A stretch of DNA of 63,967 nt, counting the filler, from Bigelowiella natans CCMP2755 (lineage: Eukaryota; Protista; Cercozoa), in assembly GCA_000320545.1 (NCBI GenBank). It is 4 parts of 4 records of this genome, joined end to end, with 100 filler letters (N's around TTAATTAATTAA, not from the genome) between each part and the next. Parts side by side here need not be neighbours in the genome. Positions count along the whole stretch, not along the records: positions 19,826 to 41,159 come from ADNK01002232.1; positions 41,260 to 62,858 come from ADNK01001303.1; 2 more parts are not named here. The stretch is one strand, 5' to 3'. The notes under the pieces were generated by a model. It was not told where the DNA came from. It saw only the letters and a program-made list of their open reading frames with translations, and made no database searches. The position numbers and the translations under genes were made by a program. This document shows positions 32,453 to 47,232 of the stretch, piece by piece (position 1 is the first letter of the stretch; the number at the start of each line of letters is the position of its first letter).

Positions 32453-34773
32453 ATGTGTGTGTGTGTGTGTGCCTATTCGACCTCCTACCTGGGGTTCCTC
32501 TTCTTCCTCGCATCTTTCTTCTGATTTCGTCCTGCCTTCTCGGCATCTTGCCCGTCTTTCTTCACCTCTTTGTCAGCCTCTTTCCTATTATCCTCCGCCT
32601 CTTCACGTGTCTTTTGAATCTGGGCCTCATTGATGAGAAATTCCACAATATCGCCGTTACCCTCTTTAAAAGCGTGTTCAAACGCGGTTTCACCTGTGGT
32701 AACAAAACAATATTTTTGCCGTTGCGGACAACAAAATCAACTAATCAATCAGAATCCTTTCATCAACATCTCCGCAATACAAACAATGCTATCTTTCGTA
32801 GATGGTAAACAAAGGCGAAAGCAAGATCGAAGCAGACCTAAATCAATTTCTAATTAATTTTTTAAATAAATATCCATCGAATTAAGTGACAATAAAACAC
32901 AAATAATCCTCTCCCTTCCCCTCTTGATGAACACCTTCCCGTCTTGTGAAATGGCAACCCAGATTAACGATAAAAATGAAAATTAAAAGAAGCAAAATTC
33001 TGCTGTAGAGAGCATTCCAAACTTGTCCATGATAACAAAATCGAAAAACTCTCAGCAATTCTTTTTTCCCCGAGCTAATCCATTCTGCAACTAGGCATTA
33101 CTCACACTGCAACTGCTGATCTCTACCAACTTTTTGCTACTTGCTACCGCTGCTACTGCTAATGCTGCTCCAAGCACACCCACCGTTTTCATCCTTAGCT
33201 TCGATGTTTGCCTTGATGCCAACCAGATACTTGACAATGTCCAGATGACCGCTTTCGGCGCCAAGAAGTAACGGTGTCTTACCTAATAGTGGCCAACATA
33301 CCATAGCGAAAGCAACACCGAAGCAGTCTCAAATCATTTTCGATCGAAATGAATCACAATGAAACACAAATCTTCCTCTACCCTCCCTCCTGACAATCGC
33401 ACTCCCATCTTGCGGAGTTGTAGCGCAAGGTCAACGATGAGAATAGTGATCAATGGAAAAACTCTTCCATGAAATTAAAACCGAATCTTGATGCGCAATA
33501 AAATAAAAAGACTCTCAGCCATTTTTTCTCACCGTGCTATTTGATGCTGCAACTACATAGCCTAGGCATGAATCGCACTGCAACTGCTGATCATCTACCA
33601 ACTTCTTGCTACTAGCTACCGCTGCTACTGCTAATTCTGCTCCAAGCACACCCACCGTTTTCATCCTTAGCTTCGATGTTGGCCTTGAAGCCAACCAGAA
33701 ACTTGACAATGAAAAGATGACCGCTTTTGGCGCCAATAAGTAACGGTGTGTTACCTTATGGTGGCGAATATGCCATAGCGAAAGCAACACCGAAGCAGTC
33801 TCAAATCATTTTCGATCGAAATGAATCGTAATGAAACACAGATCTTCCTCTCCCCTCCCCTCTTGATAATCGCACTCCCATCCCGTGGAATTGAAGCCCA
33901 AGGTCAACGATAAGAATCGTCCTATTTATATTTATTTTCAAACACTCCTCCTCCAATTCCCTCCAACTCGGTCGCAATGAAAGAAAAAGACTCTCAGCCA
34001 TTCTTTTCTCACCGTGCTAATCGATGCTACAACTACAAAGCCTAGGCATGAATCGCACTGCAACTGGTGATCTCTACCAACTTCTTGCTACTTACTGCCG
34101 CTGCTACTGCTAATGCTGCTGCAAGCACACCCACCTTTTTCATCCTTAGCTTCTATGTTTGCCTTGATGCCAACCAGGTACTTGACAATCGTGAGTTGAC
34201 CCCTTTCAGCGCCCGAATGTAACGGTGTCTTACCTAATAGTGGCAAACATGCCATAGCGAAAGCAACGCCGAAGCAGTCTCAAATCATTTTCAATCGAAA
34301 TGAATCGTAATGAAACACAGATCTTCCTCTCCCCTCCCCTCTTGATAATCGCACTCCCATCTCGTGGAATTGAAGCCCAAGGTCAACGATAAGAATCGTC
34401 CTATTTATTTTCAAACACTCCTCCTCCAATTCCCTTCAACTCGGTCGCAAAAAAAGAAAAAGACTCTCAGCCATTCTTTTCTCACCGTGCTAATGGATGC
34501 TGCAACTACACAGCCTAGGCATGAATCGCACTGCAACTGCTGATCTCTACCAACTTCTTGCTACTAGCTACCACTGCTACTGCTAATGCTGCTGCAAGTA
34601 CGTCCACCGTTTTTATCCTTAGCCTCGATTTTGGCCTCTTCCTGCTCAATCAATCGCTTCAGAAAGGCAAGATCGTTTCGATGAACAGCCCCGAAGATGT
34701 CAGACATTGTCCTTCCCCCTACGCCGGTGCTCTTTAGCGACAGCCTCTCAGTTATCGCATCCATTTGCCGCAT
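30570..34773 (-). CDS. Ankyrin-repeat / coiled-coil / tyrosine-kinase-like protein
   Basis: Five ankyrin exons (34773-34608, three 99-nt repeat exons, ~32692-32486) precede a large terminal exon with LGRGNFAVTY, AAWKVLK, HRDVACRNIL, KLSDFGLS, KLPVFWVSPE, KSDVWAAGVTAWEI...GKTPY. Confidence 0.88.
31576..31653 (-). repeat. Perfect in-frame 39-bp tandem duplication encoding (DNEYANCVQDSRH)x2
   Basis: tgtcgagagtcctgtacgcaatttgcatattcgttgtcg is repeated at 31576 and 31615. Confidence 0.95.
33091..34623 (-). repeat. Tandem array of ~470-480-bp exon+intron units (3 full + 1 partial), each with one ankyrin exon
   Basis: Anchor ctaggcat..cactgcaactg recurs at ~33091, 33562, 34042 and 34515. Intronic sequence (gaaagcaacaccgaagcagtctcaaatcatttt) is conserved between units. 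Confidence 0.95.
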
Positions 34774-35199
34774 AGCGTTGTTGCCCAACACTCTGTGTGC
34801 TGATTGTTGCAAATTATTGCGATGATTTACGAACTCCGATTTGGATATCTGCGGCTGAAATTATTGTCTATTTAAAATGGTCTAGTTCGATGTGTCGCAT
34901 CCGCTGAGAGTCTTGGAATTTTCAAAAAAATACTAGAAATATTAAATGAGCCATTCGGTTTTCGGCTACTTTCAAAAAGGGGAAGAAGGAGAATGGGGGG
35001 GGAGTTTCGGAATTGAGAAAAGCAGCGTCCCCCTATCGAGCTACACCGAAAACCTCCTCTGTATACACCCTTACTCGCTGTCAGATTCTACAATTACCCT
35101 GAGGGGGACAAAAAAAGCGCCGACCCTCTTTCCATGCGTATCGACTTAGTTACTGAGGACAAGGATGCACGGTAGTTACAGTATTTTTCCTTCCATTGC

Positions 35200-36372
35200 C
35201 ACCACTGTTCTCCACAATCAGGGGTGGGAGAAGGGCAATCACGATTCATTAACAGTTTTATGATTGACGCAGACCCATGCTCAATGATCGAGTCCCTATT
35301 TTCTGCTCCAAGCCCCCAACGGTAATCGCACTTGCCTCTAGTGCACTCGTGTCATCTACTGTATCTTCCCATATTCTTCACCTCCCCCCTTTTCCAACTT
35401 ATTATGTTCTTCTACTATTTTCAGTCTGATTTATCGTGGTGTGCACGACCGAGAAAGTGGATGGTTGTTAGTGGTAAGAAGGGAGAGGGGGAGGGGGGAG
35501 AGACCGACCATTTCGCATTTTTTCCTGTTTCTTTGAGTTAAAGTGCTTTAACTTATCGCTCGGTCGTCGATAATACAGTTGCGGGTTCATTGTTGCTATG
35601 GTTGCCTGTGCTCGCGAAGCTGATGATAAGGTAGGGGTACATAGTAACAGGGCATTTAATTCCCTTGAATGGTTGCAATGATATGTGATTTTCCCAAGTG
35701 GCCATGGCCGATGTTACGTGTAATTGTGTCGCACTGGTGTTTCACCTGTTATTGTAAATTCTAAAATATTCCTACTACTACAACTACTACTACTACTACT
35801 ACTACTACTATGCTAATGCTACCATCATCGTAACCTGCGACCCGTTCTTACCTTCGTTGTCAACCTGAATAGCGGCGATCTTGGTTGTGGGGAGGAGGGC
35901 TGCCCGTATAACGTGCGCCATCACGTCTGGTAGTTGCGCAACACACTCGCAATCAATGTTACGTCTTCGTATGAATAAATTGTAATTGATGCTCCTCAAA
36001 AAGATTTTTTAATAATGGCGTCTATTCCAATAAGTTCGTCGCAAGATGCGGCCCGAGTCTCTCAGCATTAAAGCCTATTTTCAAATCTCTTGAAGATGTG
36101 TCTGAATCACATGAATAAATGCCAAAAATGCGCCTGCTGCTCTGCTCCTCACGGGTGGTTTTTACTGACTTTGGTTTCGATATGGCTACTATGCGAAGGC
36201 AAACGATCGGTCATATGCTGCAAGGAGTCATCACTGGTATGTGTTGTGTGTGTGTGTGTGTGTGCATTTTTATGTAGTAAATGCAATTTATTGTCATCTC
36301 AGGAATTTTAATTCTGCCCTGGGTTAAGTGCACACGACAGCAACTTGGTGATCATCGTATAATTTATACAGC

Positions 36373-36408
<36 letters not shown>

Positions 36409-36797
36409 GTATATCATTTTGATATTGTATAATTTACGTGATTCACCCACGCGTATATGGTTGCGTGTTTTGTGTGCATGATTGAGCTGAGGAGTTTTGT
36501 TGTGTGAGTCGTCATTTTGGCTGTTAAGATGCTGCCTCCTCCTCCTCTTCCTGCTCCTCCTCTTCCTCTTCCTCCTCCTTTTTTATCTTCTCTTCCTAAT
36601 ACACACGTTCCACAAACAACAACAGGGCTGCTATACCACGGACCGATTCTTGGAGTTGATGAGGATGACCAGTAGTTGCAGCGTTTATGCTATTTTCCTG
36701 CTGCACGCATGCTCGATACAACAATGCGAATAGCAATATTAAGATGCGCATACCACCTGTATTCGAACTAAAATGGAAACATGTACAAATATGGTGC

Positions 36798-36868
<71 letters not shown>

Positions 36869-37046
36869 TGAATGAGTGTGGGTCGGCGGTTAGCAATGGT
36901 TGTGATGATTGCTATTGCTGCATCTCAGATACGTTGCGGTTAGTAGCTTGGGCCTCGACGCAGTCACGTGTGAGCGATGGCTTGCAATAAAGGTCGAAGC
37001 AGCTCTTCCCCAACTCCATATACATGTGCAATATATTGTATTGATG

Positions 37047-37099
<53 letters not shown>

Positions 37100-37103
37100 G
37101 TGT

Positions 37104-37141
<38 letters not shown>

Positions 37142-37309
37142 TATAAAATATGATATAGAACACGTGTGGAAGCGTTGGACTGGTGCTGTACCCCACATAT
37201 AACTTGCTGAAACGATGGATTACCAGCAATACTGGTGGGGAGTCAACCGCGTGCCTTCAGCGCACATTCGCTCCAGATGTTACCATCAATAATACATATG
37301 CTTGTAGTA

Positions 37310-37349
<40 letters not shown>

Positions 37350-37548
37350 TACAAATAATGGTTAGATTCTAGAACCACACCCCGCTCACACGGCTTCACA
37401 TACTTGCACACTTCAAAGGCGTCTTTAGTTTTTAACGCCTGTGTACCGGGTGCGGCTTTTTGCGGTGTCGGTATTCTGATGTTCTCCTGCAGATCGACAT
37501 CCCGAGTCGTTTTTCTACAGCTCGTTCTTCGTCAATGAGATGGTGATA

Positions 37549-37585
<37 letters not shown>

Positions 37586-37907
37586 CATAATCGATCCCAA
37601 CTATAAATTGCCACCTTTTTAGAAAAGCGATTCAAACGCCCGCAGAGAGGCATGTTGCGCCTAAATATGCGTGCAGTAGATCGCAATGAGTACATGGTAG
37701 ATATCTCTTTGGGCGATAGGTGTTAGCGTTGGCCCTCGACTTAACGCTATTGGCAGCGTGCTTCGGTCTTCGGTTATCTGTCGGGTAGTCTTAGAAGATT
37801 GACACTAGTCAGGGCGCAACAGCGGGAACCGCAATTCAACAATACCTGGCCTTCTTTTGAATGCTATGATCCTATATATCCTGCATGTGGGGCCACGCCG
37901 ATACACT

Positions 37908-37946
<39 letters not shown>

Positions 37947-38147
37947 GCACACTCACTTACTTACACGCCACACACACACACACACACGCGCGCGCGCGCA
38001 ATCGCAAGCACAAACGCGCGCGTCGAGTTGGTTCTAACTTTAATACTATTTCGAAAACGACGTTAGGGTTCAGGGACGCCCAGTGTTTGGGAAGCTTTCG
38101 TGTGATCATAAGGTGGTGGTTAGTTATTGTCATCATTTAGCAATTAT

Positions 38148-38194
<47 letters not shown>

Positions 38195-38360
38195 TTTGTG
38201 TGTGTGTGTGTGTGTACACATAGTCATTTTGGACCTCCTACTCTATATCCCTTGGCTTTCTCTCGGTCAGTGTTTGCTATGTGATACAACAGGTCGTTCT
38301 ATTTGCTTCTGCGATGCTCTCATGGGGTTCATTTCATGGACGACTGAGTTAATATTGTAC
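35200..38360 (+). CDS. Probable multi-exon hypothetical gene; frame unresolved
   Basis: Series of AG...GT-bounded complex-sequence blocks (e.g. 35579-35630, 36625-36727, 36929-36992, 37160-37270) separated by microsatellite-bearing intron-like tracts. No recognisable domain. Confidence 0.3.
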
Positions 38361-39909
38361 AAATAGACCCAGGAATGAATGCATGATGATGGTGTTCTTG
38401 ACGTCGTTCCATAAAAATACATTTCACCAATGGTTTTGAATGTGGAACTTGATAGTTACACATGCGGTGCGCTGCACGCACCGCGAGATGGCTAGACGGC
38501 GAAGCAGCTATGCTAGTATCTAGAGTATGACGTACATTTATAGTGCCTGTACTTGTGTAACAAATGTACTGTTGTGTCCATGTGTGGTCAAAGGTGCGTG
38601 CACATGTGCTAGCTAGCTAGCATTGCTCTGTCGAATCGTGGATTGCGAGGCACTATCTAGCTATGCCATAGCTAGCATAGCATGCTAGCATGCACACACA
38701 CACACACACACACACACACAATTGACCCACACGTTGGCTAAAACTTGCACGTTGTTAGATGCATGGTCATGGCATTGATCTGATGTGTGCTAGTCTAGTG
38801 GTGAGCGCAGCAGTCCACGTGCACGTGCCATTTGCAAATTGCAAGCACGCCACAGCTAGCACAGCTAGACAGCCGAACTAGCTAGCTAGCTAGCGCGCTA
38901 GCGCAAGTCTAGAAGTGCTGCCCTGCTAGATAGTTTGAGTGACAGGCGTTGGCCATTGCGTTGTTTGGTCGTGGCTGTTGCAAGCGGTGCATGCATGCAT
39001 GCACACACAGTCTGACAGTCTAGCTAGCCAGGCAGCAGTCATGCATGTCTTTGACGTTGTAGTCCACTGCTAGACTGGTTGTGAGTGTACTCTGCCGGAG
39101 CACCGTCATGCGTGCATCGTAACAAAGCCAATGCGGGTCTCCACAAATCCGGCCACAATGACAACGCAGCACGTCGGTCACAGCCACGTGTGCACGTGCT
39201 GTGGACAGGTCTAGACCAGTGGAGGTGTGACGCACGTTGCAGCCGCTTGCTAGCTTGTGTTTTCGGTTGTGCAAGGGTGCAGTGCTTCGCAGGCCTGTGC
39301 GCACATCACGCATGGCGCCAATCTTAGCTTGCGGTCCGGGACCCCGCTGGACCGCCTGCACCTTTTGCAATTGTCCTTTTGTTGTTGAATGGCAATGCTT
39401 TCTCTTCTTTTGTCTGTTCATACAACATTTTCGCCAAAAATGCAAAATTTCTAAGAATGAGTGCGTACTTGCCTTGGAAGGCGTGCAGCAGTTCAACGCC
39501 CCGTGCTCTGGGGCATCACAAAGTCTGCAGGCGCTGGGGAGGTGGTCCTCCAGAAGACTCTTTCGCCACCCAAGAAACGTTCAAAATGTCGCAAGAAATT
39601 CATCCGGAAATCATGTTGCGACAATATCATTTTCAAGTCGCCAAATGCTGGGAACGACACAAAAAAAACCATAATCTCGGAGACCAGGACAGTATTGAAG
39701 GGCGACAACTGCGAAGCCTCTGTTACGTATAGAATTGGAAATACAAACGGGAAACTACCAAAATTCTTTGCCCATCCGAAGCTTGCATACGTCGCTCGTC
39801 GCGCCCCCCTCCCCCACCTCCCTGCCACTGAGCATTCGGAACACATAGAGGAGAACAGGCCATATATAGCTTCGATGGATTCAGACGGTGAAGGGATCTC
39901 GAAAGGTCG

Positions 39910-41040
<1,131 letters not shown>

Positions 41041-41159
41041 GTAATTGGCGGGTGAAAGCAAACGCTGTATGTTATTGTATGTTATTGTTCGCGACGCGAT
41101 GTCTGAATATGATGATTCATCAGAAGGTTAATTATGACGATATTATGGTCTCTCTCTCT

Positions 41160-41259
41160 NNNNNNNNNNNNNNNNNNNNNNNNNNNNNNNNNNNNNNNNN
41201 NNNTTAATTAATTAANNNNNNNNNNNNNNNNNNNNNNNNNNNNNNNNNNNNNNNNNNNN
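41160..41259. other. Artificial contig spacer
   Basis: N44-TTAATTAATTAA-N44. Confidence 0.97.
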
Positions 41260-41527
41260 GACCGTTACTCATTCCCACTCTTAAATCAAGGCCAACAGTG
41301 AAACGCCCCATTAGGGTGAGGAGATCGTATTCTGTCCCCGCATTCCGAAGTCCAGCTACCGCGTACCAACCTCCATTCCAAGTAGGGTGCCCCCTCGCGA
41401 ATAGGAGCAAGCACGGTTGTGATTTCACAGGCCCTTCTCAACTCGCTTCACGCGACACCATTTGATACATAAGTCGAAAAATATGTTTTCTTCGTCCCCC
41501 CCGATGAAGCTCCCTACCAACACTTAG

Positions 41528-42239
41528 ACCCGTTTTTCGCAAGAGTTCGGCGATGCCATGGAACAAAAGACAGCAAGGCACCTTACAATTTAAAGGTTCC
41601 CCCCCCCCCCCCCCCCCCCCCCTCATCAGAGATCTTTAACATCGACGCTTCAACTCGTTGTTTTTCTGCTGTTTTGTCTGGACTTCGTTGTCAGGCTGAA
41701 GAACGAATTTGCGCGTGAGAAGGCGGAGAAAATCCGAAACCTTAAACGAGAGGTCCGCGATGCTGCTGCCGGCGCGGAAGATACAAAGAGGCTGCAAGAG
41801 GTCGGGATCTCTTTACTTATTTATGCTGGAAAGAGTTGTCCTCTATTGAGCTATGTAGGGTCGAGGTTGTAAACCATTCGCGCCAGCTGAGTGTGAGGAA
41901 TTTGCCGCATACTTATCATTAATCATGGCTGTGGCGCTAAATCGTCAGGTCTTGGGAGAGGAGGTGATTATGATCGACAAGCTGGACTTCTTTGCGAAAC
42001 AGGTTCTCTCGCTGAAGAAGGAGGTTCGGAGACTCAAGAAGGAGGCAGCAGAAGCTCAGGAAAGGGGTAGTAGTAGAGGTGGCGGCGCTGCCGTCGCCAT
42101 CAGATCATCCTACGATCCGCAGGAGGGACAAGCGATCGCTGCACGGCCAATGTCGCCAATGACGAAAAAGCTTCTCCTCGTCAACGCCAAGCTCCTTGCT
42201 GAAAGGGATAAGCAGCAGGGCCATAGCGAAAGCAATTGA
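41528..42239 (+). CDS. 3' exons of a coiled-coil protein (5' part missing)
   Basis: TRFSQEFGDAMEQKTAR/LKNEFAREKAEKIRNLKREVRD..RLQE/VLGEEVIMIDKLDFFAKQVLSLKKEVRRLKKE...*. Confidence 0.65.
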
Positions 42240-42900
42240 GGAGGAAATTAGGAAGGAGGGGGTTCCCACAGTTAGTGCTGCTGAGTAAGCAGCCCAAATG
42301 TAATTATGTACTTGCTGTGTAAATTAATTTAAATCGTTACAGTACCACAAACGTTCATAGATATCTCTTTTTCCCTCGAAGCACAGCATCAGCCGTATAT
42401 TCAGTCAAACGCATGGCAAATCTAGATAAAGGTACGTCCTTGATTTTGGAGGCCTGCTTTTTCGTGGAAGTAGTGAGATGCGCAGCATTCGAAGCGATTT
42501 CGGTACATCAGTCGTGCATCAGCGCTGGCGAAACCAGCGGCTTAATTTTTGTTCGGCGTTAGGCGACTGCAAGCCCTCGATCCAATGTTGGCTCACTGCC
42601 TATTCTAATACTATTATTGAACTGCACGCAGGGCGCGGCGGCGTCGTGTATCTAATCACGCACTGCCGCATGCACGTTCACTGCTCTAGCTAGCTAGCTG
42701 CTAGCTAGTGCTGGCAGAAGTAGTAGTTCGGAAGGGTTAGGCCTGCAATGCTAAGAATAATGGTGTAATCTACAACAATATAGACATACTCTATACTCTA
42801 TGATTACGTGCTAGATCATTGATCTCATGCTTGTGCTAGCACATGCAAAACTAGAAAGTGCAACATGCATAGAAGCATAGCTATGTACATATTTTAAACT

Positions 42901-42936
<36 letters not shown>

Positions 42937-43038
42937 TGCTGTAGCCGTCTATCTGTTTGCACAGCTACATAAGAATGACTCTTGAAAAGTTAATTTATTC
43001 ATCACATTCGTCCAATGCTAGCATGCTAGCATGTTCAT

Positions 43039-44076
43039 TTTAAACTCGGTAGCTAAAGTCTCCTTTGCGAGGATAAGCAACATGGAAATCTTTTACTGTT
43101 GCTGTGACTTTGAGAATGCTGCTACGCAGTCTAGCCGTGTAATTCATCTTGTAGGCATCGCTCATTTCCTCAGCATTTCCTTTTCAAACTTAACGAATTT
43201 GTCGAGCTTCCATCGAGCCATCCAATTACTAAACTGCTGGCTGTGGAGCAATATGCATTGCTTCAGGCCTTGTTCCGCTGGCGAAACCCGCCTCCCCCTC
43301 AAGTAGACGCTGTCGTTGAGGGTGGACAAGGCTTTTGTGAGAGCTTCGAATTCTCTTTTCTCATCCCTACCATGATGGGGATTGCCAGCAATAGAGAATA
43401 AAGAGAATGGCCGGAACTTAATCGCGTGGCGAGGAAGGAGGAAGAGGGGTGATTTGTGTGTAAGGGGAGGACGAAAAAGCCTGGGGCTAAGCATGCTATC
43501 ATCATCATCATCATCATCATCATGTTCGCGTGCGTTTGTGATATCACGTACTCAACGTCGAGCTTGTTCCCGCACGCACAGGCAGCAAGCTGCACAGCGA
43601 TGCGTACATGCATGATCTTGTCCCGAGGGATCTCCTTCTCATATGCATTTGACCACCTCTTCGTTAAGGCCCTGCCAGAGCAGCAGCAGCAGCAGCAGCA
43701 GCAGCATAAGAGTGAGTGACCGCGGACGACCCGAGAGACAGAGAGATGAGTTAAGGGAGGGGGGGGGGGGGGGGGGGAGGGGGTAGGCACCGTGTTCTTT
43801 CGTTTTCTATCATCGTACTGTACACACAAGCATATCAACGCATGTATGAGCCACCTGAAGATCCTGTTGGCCTTGGTGATTAATTCAGCATGACCGACAC
43901 CATTCTCCGCCGCCCCTGACCCTTTCTCATCCATGTTATCATGATCGCTGTCACCCCTATCATCATCCTCGTCACTCTCACATCGTCGCAGCAGCTTTAT
44001 TGCGATTGTACGGCGAAGCGTATGGAGAAACACGGACGCCGAAGGAATGCTCTGTGTATGTAGAGAAGAGGGGGAG

Positions 44077-44118
<42 letters not shown>

Positions 44119-44160
44119 GGAGGGAGCATAGAGAGAAGCAGGAGGAGTGTGTCGTTGTGC

Positions 44161-44232
<72 letters not shown>

Positions 44233-46998
44233 GTATTTGGGAACATCATTGCAACTATTAGCTAACGATTAACACAGCATTCCTCACCCCTCTCCTCCCA
44301 GTAGCATGAGGCATCAAGCGTATGCAAATGGCCAACATCATCCCAAAACTTCCCCTGCACCACCACCATTCACACATTTCTCCATCCTCACCAGCCTACC
44401 CCCCTCCCCCTTCATAATCATTATCATCATAATCCATCCCTCCCCCCCCGCCCCCCCCCCTTCCTCCTTTCTTACCGAAAGAAGCCTCACTTGTGCCTCT
44501 AGAGACACCTTGCGAGCGATATTGTACAAAAACGTGACTGCGGATTGCAAGCTACTGCTGCTGCTACTAGTTTCAATCGATGCTACTCCTCCTCCTCCTC
44601 CTCCTGCTGCTGCTGCTCCTCCTCCTCCTCGTTTAGGGGTTTGCTTTGATGGTGTCGACATCTGCGCCTCTATGGACACGATCAACGACATCAGAACCTT
44701 TTCAGCCGCCACCAAGCATCCTGCGTGATCCTAATAGGCGGAAAAGAAATGGGGGGGGGGGGGAGGGGCATGCTGGTTTGTAAGATTAATGACTATTAAC
44801 TGCAGCAGCAAACACCAAATACTACTACAACTACCACAAAGCAACATTGCTACTGCGATTACTCTAATACTACTACTTCTACTACTACTGCAACCGAAGA
44901 TTGCAGCAAGCTGCTTTCCAAGATGTGCAGCATGGTCGTTATCAAGGCCGCCCGTTCTTCATCTTCCATCTCCCCCTCTCTGAAACAGCACAGAGAAAAT
45001 GCAGGAAATTAGAGAGGAGCAAGTGAGTGGGAGTGGCGAGAGGGTTAGAGGGGAAACAGAAGGAGAAAACGTTCTAGGAGAAAAGAGCATTTTGGTATGT
45101 ACAAAAACATAGCATGAGGAGGGGAGCTTCCTCTGTAACAATTAATTTCGTCTTTTAGCCAGAATATTCTCTGTCTTGCGATAAATCATGGAGAAACGAT
45201 TGTCGAAGGAAACCATTGACATGCTTTTCTGTCACCACCACACCACCACCACCATCATCATCATCATCGCCCTCTGAGATTACATCCTAGTGCCAGGGAA
45301 AAACTAGACAGCTTTCGTTTCTGACCTGTATCCCGAGACGAGCGATAAGAGCATCAATAATTTTCTTAAATTAAAAGAAGGGAACGCCTTTTCACTGTCG
45401 CCTGACCCTGCATCATCCGGCTGGTCGTTGGCTGTTTTCGCATCTTCTCCGTCGTTATCGTTTCCTTGCGATTGGAACGCTACCTTCGGAAACGCGTCTG
45501 CTACAGCCGCCGTGTCCATTCCATAGTCTACGAGGGGGTTGCATACAGGAGAGGGAGGAGGTCGCAGAGAAGAGAAACGAGGAGCCTGAACTATGAGTCT
45601 TGGTGCTCAGGTAGGTTTTTTGACCATATTTTGACCATATTTTGTGCATGTGTAAGTCTACCATTCAACACTCGTAGTATTTCGGATGCCTTAGGATACC
45701 ACGGAGAAGAGCTTGATGAAGATGAGGAAGCTGCGGTGCTACTAGCTGCCGATTGAGCGCCCGCTGCCGCAGCTGCCGCCGCTGCCTTCCCAGAGGAACT
45801 TCGGCGTGCAGTTTTCCCTTTTCCTGTGTGCGCCATCATTATTCTTACAAGGTGGATGAATGGTCACAGACTATACGCGCGCAGCCCTTCTCTTATCGAC
45901 TCTCCCGTTGTATCTCTACGGAGCTTTACCTCGTCGCCTTTTCTTAGATATTGTAGGTGCTCTCGTCCAGGGTGATATGGCGGAGGTATCATGCTTTAGC
46001 TGTATGGAATTTAATAGATTATGCAAAATGTCTGTCATTACGGAAGAGGGGGATGCTAACCATCTTTGAGCCAGTGACTACTTTCTTCAGCATGCAAAAT
46101 GCCTCCTCGACAATAAACTGGCTACTGTGAAAGCACACTGAAAGGAGGGGGGAGGGGTCATATTCAGCCAATATTGTGATATAATCGAGATGGGACACAA
46201 GCCGCAATGAGAAGGGCACATCAAAGTTGGATAGTTGCAACGATACGATCGGAAAGAGGGTACATAACTCACCGATTTGGAAGAGTTTCGTGCATAAATC
46301 GTTGGTCGGCTTCTTGGGCTTCTTGTGCTCCAGCCAGCTTTTCTCGAGCCAGGTTTCCCAAGGGTCGTTTGCATTTTTCAAATTTTCAACATCTCGCAGG
46401 CGCTGTGAAATAAGATTGAAAACTTAGTTTTATCATCAGGGTTTGCCACTTTTCAGAGACCTTCGGCCAATGCTTGAAAATGACTTTCTTCGGTGTCTCC
46501 ATGTCTGCCTGATGAATATGTTATTCTCTTCAGGAGGGACTCGAATAGCTACAAAACTACAACTTACCTCCATATCAGCTTTAATTGAAGGTTTCTCTCT
46601 CTCCTCGGATTTTGAATTTTCATTTCTACTGGCTCGAATCTGCTCTCTCTGCATAGGATGATGATGATTATGATGATGATGATGATGATGATGATGATTA
46701 AGGATGGCACGACATCAATAAACCCAATTTGCCACGTTTCTCTTACATAAGTCATGAGATTTTTAACCCCCGTAAATTAAACACTGTTTCGTAATGTTGC
46801 TCGGCGATGTTCATAAACAATCTGAGAAATAAAGAATTCGACCTTCCGAGCACCATCGTGCTTCTCCTGCTGTTCGCGCACTTGCGCTGCCAGCTTTTCC
46901 ATATCATCAGAATCATGAGAAGAAGTCTTATGCTTCTTCCTTGCTGATTGTTGGCAGATCTCCTTAAAAAATTCATCTTCAGAACTCGAGTCTGACAT
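43039..46998 (-). CDS. Multi-exon hypothetical helical protein (weak resemblance to SLF2/Nse6-type proteins); 3' end approximate
   Basis: Exons MSDSSSEDEFFKE..DDMEKLAAQVREQQEK, DPWETWLEKSWLE, WYPKASEILRVL, FLYNIARKVSLEAQV, IFRWLIHALICLCV, LTKALSTLNDSVYL..GLKQCILLH; GT-AG bounded. Confidence 0.6.
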
Positions 46999-47232
46999 GA
47001 TTGGCCCTGAGCCGAAGATGCCGGCGGAAGCAGGGTGGGAGGGATACTGCCTCCCGCACCGATTTAATATTTTTATTTTCGAAGACCAAGTTTAACATGA
47101 AAAGGAAGGCGAATTACCAAGTGCGACTTCCAAAATCAAGGGACCAAATTTTAAAAATATCCTGCTCACGTATCCGCAGCGCACACAATTCGGAAGAAAG
47201 AAGATACAGCTCGAATTCCTTTGGGCTCGGGC

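Noticed and set aside
33091-34623. Regular repeats that might suggest a CRISPR array or satellite
   Set aside because: Units are ~475 bp, lack unique spacers and each encodes an ankyrin exon; eukaryotic context with no cas genes.
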